Source of the DNA: Mantamonas sphyraenae STR306
Lineage: Eukaryota; Protista; CRuMs
DNA length: 64,000 nt
NCBI GenBank assembly: GCA_026936335.1
Contig: JAPMXV010000008.1
Location: forward strand, 186,001 to 250,000
Direction: 5' to 3'
Part shown: positions 34,496 to 45,063 of the stretch, one piece after another
How positions within the stretch are numbered: the stretch's first letter is position 1
Layout: each line of letters begins with the position of its first letter
Notes under the pieces: model-generated
Seen by the model: the letters and a program-made list of their open reading frames with translations, nothing else
Told to the model about the DNA's origin: nothing
Database searches by the model: none
Translations under genes and position numbers: made by a program

Positions 34496-35814
34496 ATGGT
34501 ACTGTACAGGGCGCACGCAGACCTTTCCCATTCCACAGACGTGCATTGCCTTTGTCTCCCTGCCGCCCAGGTGCATGTGCATCTCGTAGCTGCGGCACAG
34601 GGAAGCCCCAGGACACGACACGCTGCGAATTCTCCCTTGTCCAGGCCCTCTCGCGCAGGTGTGCTGTGTGTCAGATCCATACGTGCTGTGACTGGGTGTC
34701 TTGTTGCACATGCGTTATGTCTGTGCATGCATGGTGTCTGTGTTTGAGCCTGTGGCTGGCAAGAGCTGTTTGCCAGTCAATGCCGGGGCAGGCCTTTTCC
34801 TTTTTCACCCTGCCGCAGGGGCGTACGACAGCCCCGTTTTGCGCTGGAGAGACGAATGCATGGGCCCCATCGACGCGTTCCATGCGCTCGCGATGTGTAT
34901 GGCTACGGTGTGAACAGGTTAAGCTGCCGCGTGTGCAGCTCTGTGTGACACAGGGCTGCGTCCAACGTGGAAACGTGGCTCGGCCCCTCCCACAAAGTCG
35001 TCGCCAACGAACGACACTAGCACTGCGACCAGGGCGCTGACACTGCCACGTGTGCACTTCTGGTGTGTTGGACCCACCCACAGAGCGAGAGTGACGTGAC
35101 AGAGTTCCTGTACAAGATCCTGGTGGTGGGCGACATTGGCACCGGCAAAACGTCCATCATCAAGCGCTACGTCCACAACATCTTTTCCATGCACTACAAG
35201 AGCACGGTACGTGAGGAGAACATGACATCGCACATGGATCGGTTGGCCTGTAGATGGCCCATGGCCACTTGCTCACTGGGTAGACACGCTGACACGGAAT
35301 TCACCCTGGGGCGACGCAGATTGGCGTGGACTTTGCGCTCAAGGTGATCAATTGGGACCCCAAGACCATTGTACGCCTTCAGTTGTGGGACATTGCAGGC
35401 CAGGAGCGCTTTGGCAACATGACCCGCGTGTACTACAAGGAGGCAGTGGGTGCTTTCGTGGTGTTTGACGTGACACGGTCTGCGACGCACGAGGCTGTGC
35501 TCAAGTGGAAGAACGACATCGACTCCAAGGTACTGCTGCCAAACGAGCAACCCATCCCCGTGGTGCTGCTGGCCAACAAGTGCGATTTGGCCAAGGAGGG
35601 CACGCTCAAGACGACAAGCGAGATGGACGCCTTCTGCGACGACAACAAGTTTGCCGGCTGGTTCGAAACCTCGGCCAAGGAGAACATCAACATTGACAAG
35701 GCCGCCAAGTATCTGGTGGGCAAGATCCTGGAGGCCGACGTGCGCAGGGGCGATGGTCCCTCGGGCAACGTTTCGCTGTACGACAGCAAGGAGGGCGAGG
35801 GCTGCGCATGCTAA
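34496..35814 (+). CDS. RAB32: Rab32/38-family GTPase, copy B (3 exons)
   Basis: Exons 34496-34498 (ATG only, inferred from copy A), 35084-35206, 35320-35814; same signature motifs as copy A, C-terminal CAC. Confidence 0.88.
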
Positions 35815-35939
35815 ACCTGAGCAGCAGGAGACCAGAGGGAGAAATGAACAAATGTGGGCATGTGGGGAGGAACAACAACGATGGACGGGGGTGCGCAGGC
35901 GAGGGCAGGCAAACCCGTGAAGAGAACTGCACCTCTGCA

Positions 35940-37085
35940 ATGTCTTGGCTCATGTGCTTCGAGCAGGTGCCATGTGGCTCCTACATCACAGCAATGTGGG
36001 GCACGGCAGATGATGACAAGAAAGACGAGGGCGACGATCTGGAAGACGCCGAGAGCGGGCGTGGAGTCGGGGTAGCAAGCAAGACACCAAAACGCAGCAA
36101 CGCCACAGCCCCCATGGGTGGTTTGGGCATCCAGGGGGTCATGGAGGCGTCGCCCAGCCACGGAAACATCCAGGGGACGATCGACTTTGCCAGTGACGAT
36201 GAATGGAGCGACGACTGGAACGCCCAGCCCAAGGAACAAGTGGTGTCTCTGGCGCCGCCCAGCGCAGACGCGTCGCTCAATGGCAACGTGCAGATCTTTG
36301 ACAATGTGGAATCAGATGACGAGGAGTTTGACAGGTGGGTGAGCGAGGAGAGGGCACACGTGAGGAGAACACGGAGCATGAGACGCGGGGGAAGGCGGGC
36401 AGTTTGAATTCGTGTGCACGCCCCTTGACAACGGCGCACGCTCACACACATGCGTACGACACAACACACCAACCGATGTACGTGGTGCAGGCCTGCGTTT
36501 CTGACGCAGTCGCTGCAGGTGGGCAGCACAACGACGACGACGACGTCGACACAGCCGAATGTTCCGACGACAGCGCCGGCAAGCACAAGCAGCGCATTCC
36601 TGCCGCTGCAACGGAGCACCAGCTCAGGAACGCCTCCGCCTGCGCAGGCCAAGGAAGAAGAGGAGGAAGAGGACTTTTTCTCAGACATGGCGCCGTCGTA
36701 CCGCAAGCCAAAGGTGCTGTCGGTGAGCACGGCTCCGTCACCAACTCCGCTGAGCAAGCTGAGAGGCAGCAGCGCGGGAGGGACCCCAACTGGAGCGGTG
36801 CAGGGAGTACAAACACGCCAGGACCCGTTTGCACGCGGCTCGCCACGCACGGCCAACACATCCATGTTTGACCTGGACGAGGACGAAGATGCAGGCTGGG
36901 GCATGGACGCAGACGACGACGGATTGCTGGACGAGTTCCAGGAAGACCCACAGGAGAAAGAGCAGCGATTGGCAGCCAAGAGGGCCGAACGAGAGCAGCG
37001 ACGGAAGGAACGGGAACAGGAGATGGCCAAGAAGCGAGAGCAGAAGCAAGCATTGAGCGGCCTGGGCGCGGTGCGACGCACATGA
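35940..37085 (+). CDS. EBAG9: EBAG9/RCAS1-like protein (2 exons)
   Basis: Intron 36335-36490; DEWSDDW, EEDFFSDMAPSYRKP, GW..D and a C-terminal charged coiled coil. Confidence 0.6.
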
Positions 37086-37131
37086 TGAAGAATTGTTGAA
37101 AAGGAAGGGGTTGGGAGAAGAAGAGCATCCA

Positions 37132-38745
37132 TCACTCGTTGATTTTGACATGGTACGGGGAACCGTTGATGAGCTCGTTGCCGAGGAGGACGTGAAGTTG
37201 AAAGAATCCGGTCAAGGTGGTGTTGAACGCAACCTCGTAGCAACCGTTTTGCTTGTCACGCACCATACACTCCAGATCCAAGCCAGTGTCGGCAATAGTG
37301 TCAAACGTTTCGTCCGTCACCTCCTTCAGACGGGCTTGCCATTCGCCGTCGCCACCCTTGACACGCTGTTTGCCCATCCTGTCGTTTGCCTGTGTAAAGA
37401 CGGGAGTGAGTGTGTGAGTCCTCATGTGCTCATGATCCAACCCAATCTGCCCCCTCGCTCACTTACCTGCACAATCAGTCGCACGGTTTCGCCTGCGGTT
37501 ACGCTGAGCTCGTGGTCGCCCTGGAGCTCGCACAAAGACGGTTCGGCCGCAGCCAGCTGAAGCAGCTTGGCTCGCAGGGCAGGCAGGTCTCGCTTGATGA
37601 CCAGCTGGCTGATGGAAGAGTCGAGGCTGTTGTTGTTGGACAGATCGAGGTCTGTGAGAGCGTCGAGGTGGCCCAGTTCGGGCTCGAGAGAGCGAATGTT
37701 GTTGTTGGCCAGTGAGAGTGTGGCCAGTCGGTCGAGACAACCCATCTGCCAGGGCAAAGCAGTGAGCTTGTTGTGGCTGATGTCCAGCGTCTCAAGACCG
37801 GCGAGGTCCCCGAGAAAGTCGGGCACCTCTTGGATGTCGTTGCCGCCGAGAAAGAGTTCGCGCAGGCCCAGACATGAACCCAGAGCGTCACTGAGCTGGT
37901 TGATTTGGTTGTTGTTGAGCTTGAGGGAGGCCAGTTCGGGCAGATCCACAAGACATTCGGGAAACTGGGTGAGCTGGTTGTACGAGAGGTCGACAGAGGT
38001 GAGCTGCTCGCAGGCACGGACAAAGTCGGGCAGCTCGGGCACAGAGTTGCCGCCCATGTTGAGCACGCGCAGCTGGAGCAGGGAGCCCAGAGAGGCGGGC
38101 AACGCGGCAAAGTTGTTCCCGGCCAACGAGAGCACCTCGAGCTTGTTGACGCGGGAAAAGTCGGGTGTGGTGATGAGCCCATTGTTGTCCAGATGCAATT
38201 CGACGAGTTCGGTGAGGTAATCGATCTCGGCTGGGCAGTGACCGAGCTGGTTGTGTGAGAGGTCCAGGACGCGAAGTGCGCGCAGATCAACCATGGCTGT
38301 GGGCAAGGCGGTAAGGAGGTTGTGGGAGAGGTTGAGCACACGGAGGTCCTTCAGTTCTCCAATGGCCTCGTGGATCGTTTCGATTTCGTTGTGGCTCAGA
38401 TTCAGCTCCTGCAGTTGCGGCACCTTGTTGATTTTCTTTTTTACTACCTTGATGCCGTTGCTGGGGTAGGGACGACACACGCGACACGTCAGGTGACACA
38501 AGCATGGGTGGTGCACACGTGCGTGGTGTGTACGAGTGAGTGTGTGCTGCGTGGACGGATGTATTGAGGGCAAAACGGGAGTCGCCAACTAACTTGTGCG
38601 CGTCGACTCGCAGCAGGCCGTCCACCTTTGCTAGATCCGAGGGGATGCTCAACATATCCACGTTGGACAGATCAGCAAACTCTGCGCCGTCTGCCACAAG
38701 GGTGACCAGCCTGCTTTTCAGCTCGGCAGACTTGCTGTTGCCCAT
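37132..38745 (-). CDS. Leucine-rich-repeat protein with predicted N-myristoylation and a C-terminal filamin/Ig-like repeat (3 exons)
   Basis: Exons 38745-38594, 38460-37467, 37389-37132; MGNSKS; many LxxLxLSxN repeats; D..NG.YEV.F....G...LHV.L....I.GSPY. Confidence 0.8.
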
Positions 38746-38836
38746 GTGGTGTGGAAAAGGAAAGGTATGAGTCGGGTTGCGCTGCGCTGGGCGCGACAAC
38801 CGCAACAACGCCATCCACACAGGTACAGGTGCAGAC

Positions 38837-40147
38837 ATGAGTTCACACGCTGGCAGCTCGTACGAGGATGACTCACCACTGCGAGACCTGGACGAGAGGA
38901 AGCCATTTGGCACAAAGGCAGGCGAGTGTCTGGCGGAGAACAAGTACAAAGTTATTGTCCTTGTGGTTGTCGTGTGCGCTGCAATTGGTGGGGTGGCACT
39001 GGTGTTGGCCAACCCGTTGGTGGACGCCAACACGCTGGCGCCGCTGCCGAGTGAGCCTCTGGCACGTGCCAAGGAGCTGCAGAAGCGGTACCCGATGGTG
39101 GACGGCCACAACGACCTGCCGTGGACGTTCCGCAAACGCATCCAGAACGAGCTCGAGTCCAACAAACTGGACATTGCACAGTCGCAACCGAGCATCATGA
39201 CAGACATCCCTCGGCTGAAGGAGGGAGTTGTGGGAGGGCAGTTCTGGTCTGTGTACGTGCCCTGCACCTCCCAGTTCAAGGATGCGGTGCGAGAGACAAT
39301 GGAGCAGGTGGATGTGGTGTACCGCATGGCACGCAAGTGGCCAGAGGCGTTTGAGATTGTGACGACGGCGGACGGGGTGGGCAAGGCGCACGCAAAGGGC
39401 AAGGTGGCCTCGTTGATGGGAATCGAAGGGGGCCACTCGTTCGACTCGTCCCTGGGTGCCGTACGCATGTTTTATCGCCTCGGCGTGCGCTACGCAACCC
39501 TGACACACAGCTGCAACACGTACTGGGCGGAATCAAGCTCGGAGACGGGCCCGCCCGTGCCCAATGGCCTCACACCCTTTGGCGTCAAGGTGGTTCGCGA
39601 GATGCAGCGTGTGGGCATGCTGGTGGACATCTCCCACGTGTCTGCAAAGGCCATGAACGCGGTGCTGGACGTGGCTGCCGCACCGGTGATCTTTTCGCAC
39701 AGCAGCGCGTACGCCCTGTGTGCCAACGCACGCAATGTGCCAGACGACGTGCTTCGCCGATTGCCTGCCAACGGCGGCGTGGTGCTCGTCAACTTCTACC
39801 CGGCCTACATCAACTGCAGCAGCACGGCGTCGTTGAGCCAGGTCGCCGACCACATCGATCACATCAAGAACGTGGCAGGGATCGACCACGTGGGATACGG
39901 CAGCGATTTCGACGGCGTGCCCACCGTGCCCACGGGCTTGGAGGACGTCAGCAAGTTCCCCGAGCTCACGGCCGAGCTCATTCGCCGTGGTTACAGCGAC
40001 AGCGACGTGATCAAGGTCATTGGCGGCAATGTGATCAACGCCCTGCGCAAGGCAGAGGATTATGCACAGAGGCTGGCCACGACCCTTGCCGATGATGCAT
40101 ATTTGCCCTTGAATGCCACCCAATGTCGCCTTGCGATGATGGAGTGA
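38837..40147 (+). CDS. Membrane dipeptidase (peptidase M19) with N-terminal TM anchor
   Basis: DGHNDLP, QFWSVYVPC, GIEGGH, TLTH.CN, VDISHVS, FSHS, GSDFDG. Confidence 0.92.
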   Translation: MSSHAGSSYEDDSPLRDLDERKPFGTKAGECLAENKYKVIVLVVVVCAAIGGVALVLANPLVDANTLAPLPSEPLARAKELQKRYPMVDGHNDLPWTFRKRIQNELESNKLDIAQSQPSIMTDIPRLKEGVVGGQFWSVYVPCTSQFKDAVRETMEQVDVVYRMARKWPEAFEIVTTADGVGKAHAKGKVASLMGIEGGHSFDSSLGAVRMFYRLGVRYATLTHSCNTYWAESSSETGPPVPNGLTPFGVKVVREMQRVGMLVDISHVSAKAMNAVLDVAAAPVIFSHSSAYALCANARNVPDDVLRRLPANGGVVLVNFYPAYINCSSTASLSQVADHIDHIKNVAGIDHVGYGSDFDGVPTVPTGLEDVSKFPELTAELIRRGYSDSDVIKVIGGNVINALRKAEDYAQRLATTLADDAYLPLNATQCRLAMME

Positions 40148-40323
40148 ACGGCAGAAGCCAGCCGATTTGGAAAGGGGGAAAGGGAAGCGAAGATACTGAC
40201 TTCCACTGAATGAAGAACGAACCTCATTCAATGCCCGCACCGTTGCAGCTGTGGTTGACGAGTACGCCGCTGTGCCGACGACGCAGCCAACCAATTCTCC
40301 TATCTCCCGCACACCGGACCACC

Positions 40324-42977
40324 ATGTTCCGCCGAACAAGCAAGGTGGGGAGAACCCTACAGAGCAGCATGTCGCGCACCGGCGTGGTGAAGCGGGCTGC
40401 TACACAGAGGCAGGGAGGCGTTGTGCTGTGTTCACAGCCGCAGGCCGCTGCCCTGCGTGGTCACACTGTACATACGCAGGCTCGGGCGAACAACGCGCCT
40501 GTGTCCATGCAACTCGCCCATTTGCAGTCGTCTAGCCATGCCAGTGCCCCGTGGGGCCTCCACGCGGCTGCTCAACGTCCGTCGGGAGCCGGGTTGTCCA
40601 GACTTCTTTCCGGCCACAGCCGACGCCCAGTCAATGTTTTTTCCAGGCACATGAGCTCGGAGAAGCAGCCAAAAGGTAGGTGCACACCTCGAGCCCAGCA
40701 TACCTGCGCCACGTCCACTGGCCTTTGCACAGTGCTGTGTGTTTCACGGGTCGCCGTGTGGGCCTGTGGCGCGCTGTTCGTTCGTTCGTCGTTCGCTCAC
40801 ACCGCCTCGCTCTCATTCCGGCCCCAGGCTTTGGCAACTTTAACAAAGGAGCAAGCGGACGCGCTGGCGAGTCTGAATCGTCGTCCTCTTCATCTTCCTC
40901 ATCCTCCTCGTCCTCTTCGTCCTCTTCCTCTTCGTCAGCGTCAGCACGCGGCGGGAAGCAGGGCGGAGGCGGAGGCGGACGCCGGCCAACGCCCACGGGC
41001 CCGTCCAATTCGCAGCTGGGCGCATCGTTGGCTGTGACGGGTTTGGCCATGGCCATGATGGCGTACCTGAGCACAAAGGAACGAGGGACGGAAATCACAT
41101 GGTCGTCGTTTGAGAATCTGGTGCGTGAAGGCAGCATCGACCGGCTCGTGGTCCTCAACAAGCAACAGGTGCGCATCTTTCTGAAGAACGAACTGCTCAA
41201 CGAAAACGCCGTGGCAGCTGCAGCCAACAACCAGCTGCAAAGCAAGTACTACCTGACCATTGGGTCGCTGGAGAACTTTGAACGCAAGCTGGACCTCGTG
41301 CAACGCGACCTGGAGGTGCCCATTGGCGACATGGTGCCTGTGATGTACTCTGAGCGCAGGGAGCTGCGTTCCTTGCTGATGAGCTTTGTGCCCTCGGTTC
41401 TCATGATTGGTGCGATTGTGTACATGCTGCGCAGGGCCAGCGGGGCGCAATCGGGCATCATGAACGCAGGCAAGCTGAAGAACGCACGCGTGAACAAAGA
41501 GACCCAACTCAAGACACGGTTTGCCGACGTGGCTGGCTGCGAGGGCGAAAAGGCAGAGGTGATGGAGTTTGTCGACTTTCTGAAGAACCCGGCTACCTAC
41601 CGCAAGCTTGGCGCACGCATCCCCAAGGGCGTGTTGCTGGCAGGTCCCCCGGGCACAGGCAAGACCCTTCTTGCCAAGGCCACCGCAGGAGAGGCTGGCG
41701 TGCCCTTCTTCTCCCTCAGTGGCTCGGAGTTCAACGAACTCTTTGTTGGGGTCGGTTCCTCCCGTGTGCGCGACCTCTTCAAGCAAGCCACCGAGGCTGC
41801 ACCCTCCATCATCTTCATTGACGAGATTGACGCCATCGGACGCGCCCGCGGTCGTGGCAACATGATGGGAGGCAACGACGAACGCGAAAACACCCTCAAT
41901 GCCCTGCTCGTCAGTCTGGACGGGTTCACAGGCCGTGAAGGCATCATCGTCATGGCTGCCACCAACCGACCCGACGTGCTGGACCCTGCCCTGACACGTC
42001 CGGGTCGTCTGGATCGCAAGATCGAGGTTGGCTTGCCAGACATCAAGGGCCGCGCTGACATCCTCAAGGTGCACCTGAAGCCGCTTAAGCTGGGCCAGGA
42101 CGTGGATATGCTGGCCAAGGAGGTTGCTACGCTGACGCCCGGCATGTCCGGAGCCGATCTGGCCAACGTGGCCAACGAGGCAGCGATGCACGCGGCACGC
42201 ACAGACAAAGATGCGGTGGAGCTGGTGGACTTTGAGGTGGCCATTGACAGGGTGATTGCAGGCGTGGAGCGCAAGTCGCTGCTGATGAGCAAGGAGGAGA
42301 AAAACGTGGTTGCTGTGCACGAGGCAGGCCATGCCGTGGCTGGATGGTTCTTGGAACACACAGACCCGTTGCTCAAGGTATCCATTGTGCCGCGCAGCAA
42401 CGGCGCCCTGGGATACGCACAGTACTCGCCTGTGGAACGAAACCTGATGACAAAGGCCCAGATCTTTGATATCATGTGCATGACGCTGGGCGGCCGTGCC
42501 TCGGAGCGGCTCAACTTTGGACGCATCACCACGGGGGCCCGTGACGACCTGGACAAGGTGACCAAAATGGCATACTCCCAGGTAATGACGTATGGCATGA
42601 GCGACGTGGTGGGCAACCTGTCCTTCCGCATGCCCGAGGCCGGCGAGATCGTCCTTGACAAACCCTACAGCAACAAATTGGCCAAGCAAATGGACGAAGA
42701 GGTGCGCAAGCTTGTGGAAGAGGCGTACGAACGCACAGAGACACTGCTGAAGGAAAAGGCAGCCGAGGTCAAGGCTGTGGCTGACCTGCTGCTCAAAGAA
42801 GAGGTCATCACCTTTAAGGACATGGAGAGGCTGCTGGGCAAGCGACCCTACGCCACCAACGAGCTGCGCTCCTTTGAGGACAGGACATTTGGCGGAGACA
42901 GCGACAACACAGGCAGCAGCGAGGCAGAGAGCGACGGACCGGTGGAGGGCAACACCACCGTTCAACCGGCTTTGTGA
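40324..42977 (+). CDS. AFG3L2: Mitochondrial m-AAA protease, AFG3L2/paraplegin family (2 exons)
   Basis: Intron 40676-40827; basic presequence, [50 protein letters not shown]. Confidence 0.93.
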
Positions 42978-42979
42978 TT

Positions 42980-43003
42980 GTGTGTGTGTGTGTGTGTGTG
43001 TGT
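42980..43003. repeat. (TG)n microsatellite between two convergent stop codons
   Basis: Read directly; similar CA/TG tracts occur near 9450, 19555, 26190, 26810 and 43840. Confidence 0.9.
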
Positions 43004-43023
43004 ATGAACAATCCTCATCCCCC

Positions 43024-43725
43024 TCAATACAGATGCTTCTTGGCCGACGATTTGACCTTTTCGTCAAAAGAGTCCGATTCGATGGTGCTATTGAGTTTGT
43101 AAAACGGGTTGAGCAGGATCTTGACGTAGAGCTCGTACACATCGGCAAGGAAGCTCTTGACGTCGCCGACGTCCTGATTGTGCAACAGCATCAGTTTGAT
43201 GTGCCCTGCAGTCACCCACCCGCTCACGAGCCAGTCGTTGAACGAGTCGATGCTCTTGAAAAACCTGCGGGGGAGGGCCTCGACGCACGCGTCAGCAAAA
43301 CAGCTCTGTACACACGCAGAGTGCCACCATACACCAAACCATGGGCATCCCATGGGCGCACATCATGCACACTACAGACGTACATGGAGTTTGTGTCCCA
43401 CACGCAGTCTTCAATGACATCCAGGGCCGCGTGAATGACAAACTGCTTCAAGTGCGGCTGCGTGTCCTTCTGTATCGCACCCCGAGTCCATTGCGCAAAC
43501 ACACACGCACACGCACAGGCGCACGCGAGGAGTGATCATCCAGCGAGACGATGCAGGACCAGCAAAGAGGCCACGCTACGTGTGAGTTTCGGGTGGATGG
43601 GGGGCAAGGTACTACCGCTGGCATGGGGGCCTCCACCGACCGCATGAGACGCCTACCTTTGAACTGCTACCCAGCTCGGCCTCGTAGATGGGGTTGTCGT
43701 TTGTGCCGACGATGACAAGGAGCAT
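43024..43725 (-). CDS. TRAPPC2: TRAPP subunit 2 (sedlin/Trs20; 3 exons)
   Basis: Exons 43725-43657, 43469-43384, 43264-43024; IVG.NDNPIYE, QFVIHAALD, VYELYVK.LLNPFY. Confidence 0.93.
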
Positions 43726-43859
43726 GTGCGACGAGTGGTGGGATTCGTTTGCTGCGTCGCCGCCCACACACTTTCCAGCCACTCGACTGTCGGCATCAGC
43801 CTGGGTGCTGTTCAGATCTTGGCCTGACAACACACACACACACACACACACACACAAGA

Positions 43860-45025
43860 ATGAGCTCACGGACGGAGGGGTCGTCCCTTGAGCTGCTCGA
43901 GGCGTTGGCGCTGAGCCCGTCATATGAGGACATCAGCGTCGACGCAGTGTGTGAGATCCTTGAGCAGGGCAAGGATGAGTTTTATCAAACAGTGAGTTCG
44001 GGGCGCACAACAAATGTCCCAGGGCTGCGGCAGAGCTGGCCATAAGCGAATCTTTTCCACGCGCCACCGACAAACCCGCCACTGGGACTGACACCGCAGG
44101 TAACAGCCCGATTCAGACCTGGAAGCTATCCAAACGGTGATCAAGCAGGCCATTGACGAGGAGGTAGGCAGAGGAAAGGCAGACACGCGTGCGGGAGCGG
44201 CGTCCACGGTAAGTTTTTCGAGTTTCGCGAAGCCACCGTCTCTTTCACCCAAACACGGCGCCTGACACACACCACAGCGTCCACCACACCACACAGCGCA
44301 CAGAACATCTGAAACAACATGGTTTCCACAAGGCCGCCGGATGTATGAGCACAGGAAGCACACAGTGACTGACACGCACGCAACACACGCCGCCGGCCAC
44401 ACAGGGAGAGACGGACGAGCGTTTCGTGAGAGGGTGGGTGTTGATCAGCCGCAACTCGGCGGGCAAAGAGCAGGAACGCCTGCTGATTGCCACCGACAAG
44501 GCCATCTACAGAGCTTTCTGGGACTTTGACAAGAAGGAATTGAAGCGGTTTGAGCGCACGGCGTACGACGGCATCGAGCTGCTGAAGATGGGCGAGTTTA
44601 CGTATTCACGTGGTCAAAACGAGGCAGAGTATCTGTACGGATGGCGTATGTTCTTCAAAGAGAAGCCATCCAAGGTGAAGCCCTTTGGACGGGATCGAGC
44701 GGCAGACCAGACGTTCCGCACGTTCAACCCCATTGTGTCCATCAAACTGACGGGCCAGGAGGAGCAGAGTGTGTTTCTCGAGGCTGTCACCAAGGAGATG
44801 GTGTACACGGTGCTTGCGCTGCTGCGCTGTGACATGGGCAGCGAACTGAACGACTACGTGCCTCTGGCCGAGGGCGAGATCCAAATCATCAGCTCCAAGC
44901 CCTTGCTGTCTCTCATCCAAAACCGTGGCCGTCGTCTCAGCTCCGCCGCGGAGTATGCCAACCTGCCGCGGTTGAGAAAGACACGGTCCGAGACCGGAGT
45001 CGACACGCAAGAGGAATCGCAGTGA
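43860..45025 (+). CDS. Stand-alone hSac2-domain protein (TPRG1-like; 3 exons)
   Basis: Exons 43860-43991, 44107 to ~44163 or 44208, 44405-45025; GWVLIS....EQERLLIATDKAIYR..WDF. Confidence 0.6.
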
Positions 45026-45063
45026 CTGTGAGGGTGAGAGAAAGAGAGAGACAAGCCATGACA

